Below are positions 1 through 8,220 of a stretch of DNA of 32,000 nt, piece after piece. Numbering within the stretch: position 1 is the first letter of the stretch; every line of letters starts with the position of its first letter. The stretch is from contig NZ_JAFBEG010000002.1 of assembly GCF_016908635.1 (NCBI RefSeq), positions 83,725-115,724 of the forward strand, written 5' to 3'. Made by a program: the position numbers and the translations under genes. The notes below the pieces were generated by a model. It saw only the letters and a list, made by a program, of their open reading frames with translations. It was not told where the DNA came from and ran no database searches. This stretch comes from Sporohalobacter salinus (GTDB lineage Bacteria > Bacillota > Halanaerobiia > Halobacteroidales > Acetohalobiaceae).

Positions 1-5
1 ATAAG

Positions 6-413
6 ATGGCTAATACCGTTCAGGTTGATATTTTAACTGCAGAGCGGACTGTCTATAGTGAAGAAGTAGAGATGGTAATTGTTCCTGCTATAGATGGTGA
101 TTTAGGCGTTCTGCCTAATCATGCGCCGTTGGTTACAGGTTTAGATATAGGTAAAATTAGAATAAAAAAAGATGGAGAAGAGATTAAATTGGCTACTAGC
201 GGCGGTTTTATGGAAGTAAAGCCTGATCAAGTTAATATTTTAGCTGATACAGCAGAATTTCCCGATGAAATTGATATAAAGCGAGCTAAAGATGCTAAAA
301 ATCGGGCTGAAAACCGTCTGCAGAAAAATAAAGATAGAATAAATGATACTAGAGCTGAAGTTGCTTTGCAGCGGGCTATTAATAGAATTGATGTAGCTAA
401 CAAAGGGGAGTAA
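6..413 (+). CDS. atpC: F0F1 ATP synthase epsilon subunit
   Basis: 135 aa. The N-terminal beta-sandwich pattern (VDILTAERTVYSEEVEMVIVPAIDGDLGVLPNHAPLVT...GGFMEV) and the C-terminal helical hairpin (RAKDAKNRAE...) are typical of AtpC. A strong terminator follows. Confidence 0.93.
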   Translation: MANTVQVDILTAERTVYSEEVEMVIVPAIDGDLGVLPNHAPLVTGLDIGKIRIKKDGEEIKLATSGGFMEVKPDQVNILADTAEFPDEIDIKRAKDAKNRAENRLQKNKDRINDTRAEVALQRAINRIDVANKGE

Positions 414-441
414 GGGAGAAATCTCTTATTCTCCTTTTTTT
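414..441 (+). terminator. Rho-independent terminator after atpC
   Basis: GGAGAA (415-420) pairs with TTCTCC (429-434) around an 8-nt loop, followed by T7 (435-441). Confidence 0.8.
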
Positions 442-493
442 GTATTTTATAGTTCTAATTCAGATATGATATATTTAGGGAGGTATTTGATAA

Positions 494-1084
494 ATGGGAC
501 CAAAGGATGAAGAGATAGAAGAAGAAGCAATTTTAAATCAGGACAAGAGCGAGTTAGAACAGACAATTTCTGCCGGGATTCATGGTGGTTTTGAGTTAAA
601 GAAAGGTGAAAAAAGAAGGTTTTTAGGTGAATTTAAAGAACGGGTAATTAAAACTTTAACTTTTAGCCAAATTGAAGAACCGGGAGTTTATCCAGAAATA
701 TTGGAAGCCATTAGAGATTCAAAAGCTAAAAAATTAATTATAAATCGGCAGGTTAATATGAAAGCAGCTAAAGAATATATTGATTTAGCACGTAAAAATA
801 AACTTTCATTTAAAAAAGTAGAATCGGATGAATTTAAAGGAAATATTGGATTGGTAGTAGTTAGTGACAAAGCAGTAAATAGGGAAAAGATAAAGGTTCC
901 TAATAAGAAAGAAAAATTTAAAGAATTAAATTTACCAGTGGAGTTAGTAGATAAAGCCGGTGAAAAGATTTGTGCTGAATGTTATGCTAAGATAGCTGAT
1001 GAAGCCCCAGAAGAATTAATAAATTTTGAAAAGATGAACTGGTTTGATAAATTATTTAATTCTTCTTGTTTTTGTCAGAAATAA
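494..1084 (+). CDS. YueI/DUF1694-like protein with an extra Cys-rich C-terminal tail
   Basis: 196 aa. The core GIHGGFELKKGEKRRFLGEFKERVIKTLT ... GLVVVSDKAVNRE resembles the DUF1694 (B. subtilis YueI) pattern as I recall it. SD AGGGAGG lies upstream of the ATG. The tail carries CxxC...CxC. Confidence 0.5.
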   Translation: MGPKDEEIEEEAILNQDKSELEQTISAGIHGGFELKKGEKRRFLGEFKERVIKTLTFSQIEEPGVYPEILEAIRDSKAKKLIINRQVNMKAAKEYIDLARKNKLSFKKVESDEFKGNIGLVVVSDKAVNREKIKVPNKKEKFKELNLPVELVDKAGEKICAECYAKIADEAPEELINFEKMNWFDKLFNSSCFCQK

Positions 1085-1214
1085 TTAAGTGATAAATTTA
1101 ACTTTTAAGCAGGATATTAGAATTAGAGCTCGAACTAAAAATAGTAGGAAAAGGAAAATTAAGCTAATATTTAAATATATTTTAATAGTAATTATATAGG
1201 AGGTAAGCTATCTA

Positions 1215-2465
1215 GTGCGTAAATTAGTAGTCAAAACAACTGATTATTTAGAGGGGAACATAAGTGTCAGTGGAGCTAAGAATGCAGCTTTACCTATTAT
1301 AACTGCTGCTTTATTAGGAGAAGGAAGTAGTAAATTAAGTGGAATACCGGATTTAAAGGATGTTAATAATTTAGTTAGTATTCTGTCAAATTTAGGTGCT
1401 GAAATTAATTTTACTGATAGTGAATTAGAGCTTAATACAGATGAGATTAATAAATATAGTACAGAGAGTGATTTAGCTAGAAAGATGAGGGCTTCTTATT
1501 ATACTTTAGGGGCTCTATTAGGTCGTTATGGTCAGGCCTGTACTGTTTTACCAGGAGGGTGTGAGATTGGAAATCGTCCTATTGATTTACATTTGAAAGG
1601 GTTTTCTGCTTTAGGAGCAGAAGTTAAGTTAGATCATGGAGTGGTAAAATTAGAAGCTGATAGATTAAAAGGAGCTAATATTTATCTTGACTATCCTAGT
1701 GTAGGAGCCACGATAAATATTATGTTGGCAGCTGTTATGGCTGATGGTGAAACTGTAATAGAGAATGCAGCTAGAGAACCGGAGATAATAGATTTAGCAA
1801 ATTATTTAAATATTATGGGAGCTGAAATCACTGGAGCAGGGACTGACATAATTAAGATTACAGGAGTAAATAAGCTAATAGGTAAAGATTATACTATTAT
1901 TCCTGATCGTATTGAAGCAGGGACCTATATGATGGCAGTGGCAGCAGTAGGTGGAGATGTTGTGATTGAAAATGTATTGGTAGAACATGTACGCCCCTTA
2001 ATAGCTAAGTTAAAAGAGATGGGAGTAGAAATAATTGAGGATATTAATCAGGTAAGAGTAAAATCAAACCAAGGCTTAAAAGGAACAGATATTAAAACTA
2101 TGCCTTATCCAGGTTTTCCAACTGATATGCAGGCTCAGTTTATGACTTTATTGACACAAGCAAGTAGCGAAAACTTAGTCATAGAGACAGTTTTTGAAAG
2201 AAGGTTTGGACATGTTGATGAATTAAGAAGAATGGGGGCTAAGATTAAAGTAGATGGAAGAAGTGCAGTAGTTGCCCAAGCAAATTTGGAAGGAGCTCAA
2301 GTTGAAGCTACAGATCTGCGAGCTGGAGCAGCACTCATTATTGCTGGTTTAGCAGCTAAAGGACAAACAGAAATTCAGAATATATATCATATTGAACGCG
2401 GTTATGAAGATATTACTGATAAGTTGAAGGGAATTGGAGCCAATATTGAATTAGTTGTAGAGTAA
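1215..2465 (+). CDS. murA: UDP-N-acetylglucosamine 1-carboxyvinyltransferase
   Basis: 416 aa with a GTG start after SD AGGAGG. Full-length MurA pattern: GNISVSGAKNAALPII, CEIGNRPIDLHLKG with the catalytic Cys, and PGFPTDMQAQF. The atpC...murA-spoIID synteny matches Bacillus and Clostridia. Confidence 0.96.
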   Translation: MRKLVVKTTDYLEGNISVSGAKNAALPIITAALLGEGSSKLSGIPDLKDVNNLVSILSNLGAEINFTDSELELNTDEINKYSTESDLARKMRASYYTLGALLGRYGQACTVLPGGCEIGNRPIDLHLKGFSALGAEVKLDHGVVKLEADRLKGANIYLDYPSVGATINIMLAAVMADGETVIENAAREPEIIDLANYLNIMGAEITGAGTDIIKITGVNKLIGKDYTIIPDRIEAGTYMMAVAAVGGDVVIENVLVEHVRPLIAKLKEMGVEIIEDINQVRVKSNQGLKGTDIKTMPYPGFPTDMQAQFMTLLTQASSENLVIETVFERRFGHVDELRRMGAKIKVDGRSAVVAQANLEGAQVEATDLRAGAALIIAGLAAKGQTEIQNIYHIERGYEDITDKLKGIGANIELVVE

Positions 2466-2605
2466 TATAATAAATTATAATTAAAATAACCAGTATATAA
2501 TTCCCTCCTTTAACATAGGGGTTTAATAAGCCCAAATTTAGGGAGGGAATTGGAATAAAGAGACTAGTTTCAATCATTATAATCTTAAGTTTATTTACAA
2601 TACTG

Positions 2606-3472
2606 TTGGTACCAACAGTATTAATTGTAGGTGGAGATCTAATATTTAATTTTGGAACTAAAAAAATTACAGTTAAGGTAACAACCGAAGATAACCGAAT
2701 AATAGAATTGGAATTAGAAGAATATATTAAGGGAGTAATAGCAGCAGAAATGCCGGCAAGTTTTAGACTAGAAGCACTTAAGGCTCAAGCTGTAGCGGCA
2801 AGAAGTTATATTTTAACCCGTTTACAGGGAACAGACAAAAGAGAAGTATCTATTACAACAGATATTAATGTTGATCAAGCTTGGATTAGTAAACAGAAAT
2901 TGCTTGAAAAGCGAGGGAATTTAAAGAATTGGTTTAAAATATCTGAAGCTGTTAATTCTACAAGAGGGATATTTTTAACCTATAATGGTAAAATAGCAAC
3001 AACAGTTTATCATTCTGCTAGCGGGAATATAACAGCATCAGCTAAAAATGTATGGGGGAGAAAGGTACCTTATCTACAGCCAGTAAGTAGTAATTATGAA
3101 GCGGATTCTCCCTATAATCATTTTGTACAGAAATATTCGTTTGAAGATTTTGCTCGTAGGTTGGAGATAAGAGTATCTTCAGTAACTGATATAGAGATTT
3201 TAACTAGAAGTCCTAGTCAGCGGGTGTTAAAACTTCAGATTGGATCTCGAATTTTCACTGGAAAAGAGTTAAGAAGAGAATTAGGTTTAAAATCAACTAA
3301 TTTCAAGTATCAGATAAAGGATAATTATATTAAATTCATTACTACTGGTAATGGTCATGGAGTAGGAATGAGTCAATATGGAGCTAATGGAATGGCTGAG
3401 CAAGGATATAATTATCTAGAAATTTTAAAGCATTATTATCCAGGTATAAAAGTTAGGAAATTAAATTATTAA
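2606..3472 (+). CDS. spoIID: Stage II sporulation protein D (lytic transglycosylase); true start probably upstream at about 2549-2555
   Basis: SpoIID signatures EMPASFRLEALKAQAVAARSY, YHSASGN and GHGVGMSQYGANGMA. The track start (TTG 2606) falls inside the predicted N-terminal membrane anchor. The frame is open from 2519, and a strong SD GGGAGGG (2541-2547) precedes ATT 2549 and ATA 2555. Confidence 0.9.
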   Translation: MVPTVLIVGGDLIFNFGTKKITVKVTTEDNRIIELELEEYIKGVIAAEMPASFRLEALKAQAVAARSYILTRLQGTDKREVSITTDINVDQAWISKQKLLEKRGNLKNWFKISEAVNSTRGIFLTYNGKIATTVYHSASGNITASAKNVWGRKVPYLQPVSSNYEADSPYNHFVQKYSFEDFARRLEIRVSSVTDIEILTRSPSQRVLKLQIGSRIFTGKELRRELGLKSTNFKYQIKDNYIKFITTGNGHGVGMSQYGANGMAEQGYNYLEILKHYYPGIKVRKLNY

Positions 3473-3499
3473 TAAAAAATAGAATCTAAGTAAATAAGT

Positions 3500-3528
3500 G
3501 TATATTTATCTTGCCTCTGGAGATAATA
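3500..3528 (+). promoter_or_regulatory. Putative forespore sigma-F-type promoter upstream of the spoIIQ-like gene
   Basis: GTATA (3500-3504), N14, GGAGATAATA (3519-3528) compared with the recalled sigma-F consensus GYATA-N15-GGnnAnAHTR. The spacer is 1 nt short and the predicted TSS would fall right at the SD. Confidence 0.3.
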
Positions 3529-3547
3529 ATTGATGGAGGTGAGATAA

Positions 3548-4438
3548 ATGTCTGATAGAGATGACAAAAAAAATGAGAGAAATAAGGAACAGAATGGATC
3601 GAAGGAAAAGAAGAAATTTCCTTTTTCAATTAAGAAAGACAGAGATAACATCAAATTAAAATTAAAAAAGAATATTGAGGAGTTAGCTAATAAATTTTCT
3701 TGGAAACGATTCGTAACTAGATTTGTAACTAATAAGAAATTTTTAGTTGGATTAGCAGTAATAATTTTAGCCGGAATTATTTTTATACCTCAATTAAGTG
3801 ATTCAACTTCTCAATCTAATCCATCTAATTCTGAGTCTAGTCGAGCTCAAGATAAGGTTATAACTTACGAACATATTCCATCTCAACAAGAAAAAGTTAA
3901 GCAAAACAACCAACAGCAGCAAACGGCGACAAAGAAGAAGGAGAAAGTAACTTCAAAGGAAGAAGTCAAAACTGATGTAGGAGATGACAAGGAAAGTAGT
4001 GTAGATGAGAATAAAAGTAAGCCTGTAATTCAACAAGCGAATATACAACCCAAATTCAATCTACCGGTAAAGGGGTCTGAGATTAGTCGTCCTTATGGTT
4101 GGAGCAAACATCCAATGTTAGAGGATTGGCGTTACCATCAAGGTATTGACTTGCAGGTAGCAAAGGGAACTTCAATCAAGGCTGCTGCTAGTGGTAAAAT
4201 AACTAAAATAAAAGAAGATGACTATTTAGGCTTGATTTTAATTATTAAACATAACAGTGATTATCAGACTATTTACGGCCATGCACAAGAATTTTATTTA
4301 AAAGAAGGTCAGCAGGTAAAAGCAGGGCAGGCCATAGGAAAAGTAGGATCTTCTGGTTTAGTTATAGAACCTACTTTTCATTTTGGTGTTTTAAAGGGGA
4401 ATGAAACAGTAGATCCAACTGAATATATTAATTTATAG
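3548..4438 (+). CDS. spoIIQ: Membrane-anchored LytM/M23-domain protein, SpoIIQ-like
   Basis: 296 aa. It has a basic N-terminus, one TM (FLVGLAVIILAGIIFIP), a low-complexity Q/K/E/S linker, and a C-terminal M23 domain (YHQGIDL, YGHAQE, GSSG, PTFHFGV). It sits between spoIID and spoIIID, as spoIIQ does in Clostridia. Confidence 0.55.
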   Translation: MSDRDDKKNERNKEQNGSKEKKKFPFSIKKDRDNIKLKLKKNIEELANKFSWKRFVTRFVTNKKFLVGLAVIILAGIIFIPQLSDSTSQSNPSNSESSRAQDKVITYEHIPSQQEKVKQNNQQQQTATKKKEKVTSKEEVKTDVGDDKESSVDENKSKPVIQQANIQPKFNLPVKGSEISRPYGWSKHPMLEDWRYHQGIDLQVAKGTSIKAAASGKITKIKEDDYLGLILIIKHNSDYQTIYGHAQEFYLKEGQQVKAGQAIGKVGSSGLVIEPTFHFGVLKGNETVDPTEYINL

Positions 4439-4450
4439 TTAAGTGATTTA

Positions 4451-4481
4451 GTAGAGAGATTCTCATCTCTCTACTTTTTTT
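4451..4481 (+). terminator. Rho-independent terminator after the spoIIQ-like gene
   Basis: Perfect 10-bp stem GTAGAGAGAT (4451-4460) / ATCTCTCTAC (4465-4474) with a 4-nt loop, followed by T7. Confidence 0.85.
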
Positions 4482-4525
4482 ATTTAAAAAGTACGGTAAA
4501 ATCTTGTTCCTCCTCGATTTAAAAC

Positions 4526-4551
4526 ATATTTTTTAAAAAATCACATATATA
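4526..4551 (+). promoter_or_regulatory. Possible sigma-E-type promoter upstream of spoIIID
   Basis: ATA (4526-4528), N15, CATATATA (4544-4551) compared with the recalled sigma-E consensus ATA-N16-18-CATACAnT. The match is imperfect in both spacer and -10. Confidence 0.2.
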
Positions 4552-4584
4552 TTTATCAAGAATAGGGTAGGAGGGACAAAATTA

Positions 4585-4845
4585 ATGAAGGATTATATTT
4601 ATCAACGAGTATTAGAAGTAAGTAACTATATATATGAAACTAGAGCGACCGTTCGACAGGCAGCAAAAATATTTGGAGTGAGTAAGAGTACAATTCATAA
4701 AGATGTAACAGAAAGACTACACAAAATTGATAAGAGGCTAGCTAAAAAGGTAAAAAAGGTTTTAGAGTATAATAAAGCAGAAAGGCATATTCGAGGTGGG
4801 CAAGCTACTAGAGAAAAGTATTTATCTGAAGAGGAAAATAAATGA
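4585..4845 (+). CDS. spoIIID: Stage III sporulation protein D, mother-cell HTH transcription regulator
   Basis: 86 aa. MKDYIYQRVLEVSNYIYETRATVRQAAKIFGVSKSTIHKDVTERL...RHIRGGQATREKY is near-colinear with B. subtilis SpoIIID. SD AGGAGGG lies upstream. Confidence 0.95.
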   Translation: MKDYIYQRVLEVSNYIYETRATVRQAAKIFGVSKSTIHKDVTERLHKIDKRLAKKVKKVLEYNKAERHIRGGQATREKYLSEEENK

Positions 4846-4945
4846 TCCTTCTTTTTTTGGTTATAAAACAGGAGAATTTTATTATGTCTAGAATAAAAAA
4901 GGATAAGGGAAATAAGAGGAAATGATATAAAAGTGAGGTGAAATT

Positions 4946-5683
4946 ATGTTGAGAGGACTTTATACTGCTGCTTCTGGAATGAATGCAGCATTGGAGAGAA
5001 CTAATATAATTACTAATAATTTATCTAACTCAAACACTCCAGGTTATAAAAAAGACCAGACTGTGAATAAATCTTTTTCGGAAATGTTATTAAACAGAAT
5101 GCCGGATCAAGAAGCAATTGGTAAAGCTGGTTTAGGAGCCAAAGTAGATCAGACAGTGACCGACTTTAGTGCTGGTAGTGTACATAGGACTGATAATTCA
5201 TTGGATTGGGCGATTGAAGGCGAAGGATTCTTTGCAGTTCAGACACCAAAAGGTGTCCGTTATACTAGGAGTGGAAATTTCACTCTAAGTCAGGATGGAC
5301 AAGTAGTTACTCAAAATGGTAACCCAGTTTTGGGGCAGGGAGGTTCTTTGCAGGTAGTTGGTGAGCAGGTTAATGTTGATAATCAGAATAATTTAGTTGT
5401 TGATGGTCAGGTAGTAGACCAAGTTAGAGTAGTGACCTTTTCTGATAATAATGGGTTAGTTAAGGAAGGCGACGATTTATATCGAGCTACTCCGGATGTA
5501 GGGAACCAATTTATGGCTACAGGTACTATTAATCAAGGTTATCTTGAGTCATCTAATGTGAATGTAGTCGAATCAATGACAAATATGATTGAAGCAACTC
5601 GTCATTATGAAACAAATCAGAGAGTAATAAAGACTTATGATAAGAGTTTAGATAAGGTAGTTAATTCTGTAGGTAGATTATAA
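4946..5683 (+). CDS. flgF: Flagellar basal-body rod protein, FlgF/FlhO-like
   Basis: 245 aa. N-terminal rod motif GLYTAASGMNAALERTNIITNNLSNSNTPGYKKD and C-terminal GYLESSNVNVVESMTNMIEATRHYETNQRVIKTYD. Confidence 0.8.
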   Translation: MLRGLYTAASGMNAALERTNIITNNLSNSNTPGYKKDQTVNKSFSEMLLNRMPDQEAIGKAGLGAKVDQTVTDFSAGSVHRTDNSLDWAIEGEGFFAVQTPKGVRYTRSGNFTLSQDGQVVTQNGNPVLGQGGSLQVVGEQVNVDNQNNLVVDGQVVDQVRVVTFSDNNGLVKEGDDLYRATPDVGNQFMATGTINQGYLESSNVNVVESMTNMIEATRHYETNQRVIKTYDKSLDKVVNSVGRL

Positions 5684-5784
5684 TTAGGGGCTGGACTTAA
5701 AAAAGTGGCCTGGAATTGCGGACTGATAGAAGCAATTCTGTAATTTATCTAGTTGAAGTTAGATTTATAGGAGGTTAAAAAGTA

Positions 5785-6573
5785 ATGATTAGATCTTTAT
5801 GGACAGCAGCAACAGGAATGAAGGCACAACAGTTGAATATAGACACTATATCTAATAATTTAGCCAATGTAAATACAAGTGGATTTAAAAAGAGTAGAGT
5901 GAATTTTCAAGATTTAATGTATCAGTCATTGAGAGAAGCAGGAACACCTAATAATCAGGGGTCTCAAGTTCCGGCAGGAATAGAAGTGGGGCATGGTGTT
6001 CGCCCGGCTGCTACTCAGAAATTGTTTGCACAGGGTAGTTTTCAACAGACTGAAAATCCGTTGGATATGGCTATTGAAGGCGACGGCTTCTTTCAAGTAG
6101 TAAGACCAAATGGACAGGTAGCTTATACGCGTGATGGTTCATTTAAACGCGACAGCGATGGACGGATAGTTACTTCAGATGGTTATCCTCTTGAATCTGA
6201 TATTACAATTCCTGAAGATGCAACTGAGGTAAGTATTACTGCTGAAGGACGAGTAATGGTTAAGCAACCAGGTAATGAAGAGGTAACTGAAGTAGGTCAA
6301 ATTGAGTTAGCTCGATTTTCTAATCCTGCTGGATTAAAAAGTATTGGCCGAAATTTGTTTGCAGAGACGCCAGCTTCAGGAAATCCTACTGTTGATATAC
6401 CTACAGAAGATGGCTTTGGTACTATATCCCAGGGATATTTAGAGAAGGGGAATGTGAAAGTGGTTGAAGAGATGACAAATATGATTGCTGCGCAGCGAGC
6501 CTATGAAGTGAATTCTAAGGCTATTAGAGCTTCTGATGAGATGCTGCAGCAAGCTAATAATCTAAAGCGATAA
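5785..6573 (+). CDS. flgG: Flagellar distal rod protein FlgG
   Basis: 262 aa. [38 protein letters not shown] ... [38 protein letters not shown] is the canonical FlgG pattern. Confidence 0.92.
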   Translation: MIRSLWTAATGMKAQQLNIDTISNNLANVNTSGFKKSRVNFQDLMYQSLREAGTPNNQGSQVPAGIEVGHGVRPAATQKLFAQGSFQQTENPLDMAIEGDGFFQVVRPNGQVAYTRDGSFKRDSDGRIVTSDGYPLESDITIPEDATEVSITAEGRVMVKQPGNEEVTEVGQIELARFSNPAGLKSIGRNLFAETPASGNPTVDIPTEDGFGTISQGYLEKGNVKVVEEMTNMIAAQRAYEVNSKAIRASDEMLQQANNLKR

Positions 6574-6588
6574 GTGAGTTGATATCAA

Positions 6589-7578
6589 ATGGTTAACTGG
6601 AGACAGTTGCCGCTATTTAAATTAACCTTTCTATTATTAATTTTGTTATTACTAATTAGTTCAACAGGTTTTGCTCAGGATAAGATTAAGCTTGAAATTA
6701 ATCATAAAGTTAAGGCTGAGAAACAGAGCTTGCATTTAGGAGATATTGCAAAAATTGAAGCACCGTTAAAATTAAAGGAGCAACTAAGTACTATCAATTT
6801 AGGTCAGGCTCCTTTACCTGGCTATACCCGTGTGTTAAAGCGGGATTATATTCTTTCAGCACTGCAAAGAGAGGGATTTAATTCTAACAAAATTAGTTAT
6901 AAAATTCCTAAACAGATTAGAGTAACTACTCCTTATCAAGTGCTAGATAGGGAACAATTGGAAAAGAAAGTGCAGCAATATATTAAACAAAATTTGGCTG
7001 TCGGATCAGAAGATATTGAGATTGAGATTCAAAAAACAGATAAAGAAGTACGGCTTCCAGTTGGTAAAGTTAAATTACAGATTGGTAATGTTAATACAAA
7101 AAAATTATTAGGTCGAATAGCAATACCAGTTAATATCTATGTTGATGGAAAACTGGCTAAAAAGAAGTATGTTCAAGCTCAGATAACTGCTTATCAGAAA
7201 GTTTTGGTGGCTAAAGAATCAATTGAACGCCGTCAGAGTTTAGCAAAGGATTTATTCAAGTGGGAGAAAAGAGAATTAGCTAAACTTTATGGTAATCAAC
7301 CTTTTACAAATTTAGATTCTCTTTCGAATTATAGATTAGAACGAAGAATTAATTCTGGACAGATTTTAACTAAAAATTTAATCGAGATTCCCCCTTTAGT
7401 TAAACGAAGAGATAAGATAAAGATTGTGGCTGAAGTAGGTCAAGTTAGAGTTAGTACAGTTGGAGTTGCTTTGGAATCAGGAGCTGAGGGGGATATTATT
7501 AAAGTTAGGAATATAAAAAGTGATCAGGAGATAATGGCTAAAGTAATAGAGAAAAAGGTTGTAAAAGCAATTCTTTAA
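6589..7578 (+). CDS. flgA: Flagellar P-ring assembly chaperone FlgA
   Basis: 329 aa. Signal peptide (LLLISSTGFAQD). The C-terminal SAF/FlgA pattern is SGQILTKNLIEIPPLVKRRDKIKIVAEVGQVRVSTVGVALESGAEGDIIKVRNIKS. It lies immediately upstream of flgH-flgI. Confidence 0.8.
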   Translation: MVNWRQLPLFKLTFLLLILLLLISSTGFAQDKIKLEINHKVKAEKQSLHLGDIAKIEAPLKLKEQLSTINLGQAPLPGYTRVLKRDYILSALQREGFNSNKISYKIPKQIRVTTPYQVLDREQLEKKVQQYIKQNLAVGSEDIEIEIQKTDKEVRLPVGKVKLQIGNVNTKKLLGRIAIPVNIYVDGKLAKKKYVQAQITAYQKVLVAKESIERRQSLAKDLFKWEKRELAKLYGNQPFTNLDSLSNYRLERRINSGQILTKNLIEIPPLVKRRDKIKIVAEVGQVRVSTVGVALESGAEGDIIKVRNIKSDQEIMAKVIEKKVVKAIL

Positions 7579-7598
7579 GAAAATTGAGGTGTTAATTT

Positions 7599-8186
7599 AT
7601 GAAACATTCTACAATGAAGTTTTTTTTAATAGTAGGGTTAATTGCTATTTTGTTTTTAGCTACTAATCCATTATTAGCTGCTTCACTATATGAGGATAAT
7701 AATTCTCCTTATGGCGAACATAAAGCTAAAGAAACTGGGGATTTATTGACAGTTATTATTAGTGAAAGTTCAACGGCTAATCAACAGGCCAGCACTGAAA
7801 CGGAACAGAGTAATGAAGTAAATGTAGGACCAGGGGCTGGAGAATTAGATTTTGTTAAATTATTTCAACTTAGTCAAGATGATAGTTCTTCCGCTGATGG
7901 GAGTACCAGCCAGAGTGGAAGTTTAACTGCTCAAATGACAGTTCAAGTTACAGAAACATTGTCTAATGGTAATTTAAAGATTGAAGGTACAAAGGAAATT
8001 ACTATTAATGCTGAAACACAGAAGATTAAAGTATCAGGAATAGTTAGACCTGAAGATATTACTATTAGTAATACAATTAACTCTACAAAGATAGCTAATA
8101 GTAAGATTAAATATGTAGGAGAAGGTGCAATTGGTGATCGACAGCGGCCTGGTATATTAACTAAAATATTAAATATCTTTTTCTAG
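7599..8186 (+). CDS. flgH: Flagellar L-ring protein FlgH (no lipobox)
   Basis: 195 aa. FlgH core: SLYED...KAKETGDLLTVIISES...NGNLKIEGTKEITINAETQKIKVSGIVRPEDI...IKYVGEGAIGDRQRPG. It has an SPase-I-type signal peptide (PLLAAS) and no Cys residue. Confidence 0.9.
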   Translation: MKHSTMKFFLIVGLIAILFLATNPLLAASLYEDNNSPYGEHKAKETGDLLTVIISESSTANQQASTETEQSNEVNVGPGAGELDFVKLFQLSQDDSSSADGSTSQSGSLTAQMTVQVTETLSNGNLKIEGTKEITINAETQKIKVSGIVRPEDITISNTINSTKIANSKIKYVGEGAIGDRQRPGILTKILNIFF

Positions 8187-8220
8187 TTTGGATTATTTAT
8201 TTTGGTGAGGTGGATATAGT

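Noticed and set aside
467-475. Extended -10-like TGATATATT upstream of the YueI-like gene.
   Set aside because: The predicted transcription start would fall inside or after the SD (476-482), leaving no usable leader. There is no -35 element.
4894-4928. Sigma-D (flagellar) promoter upstream of flgF.
   Set aside because: TAAA (4894-4897) is 23 nt from the GATAT-containing -10-like element, which is too far. The alternative TAAG-N14-AATGATAT matches the TAAA-N15-GCCGATAT consensus poorly.
5714-5747. Hairpin GAATTGC-N20-GCAATTC in the flgF-flgG gap.
   Set aside because: The stem is 7 bp with a large loop and no U tract. No functional inference is possible from the sequence alone.
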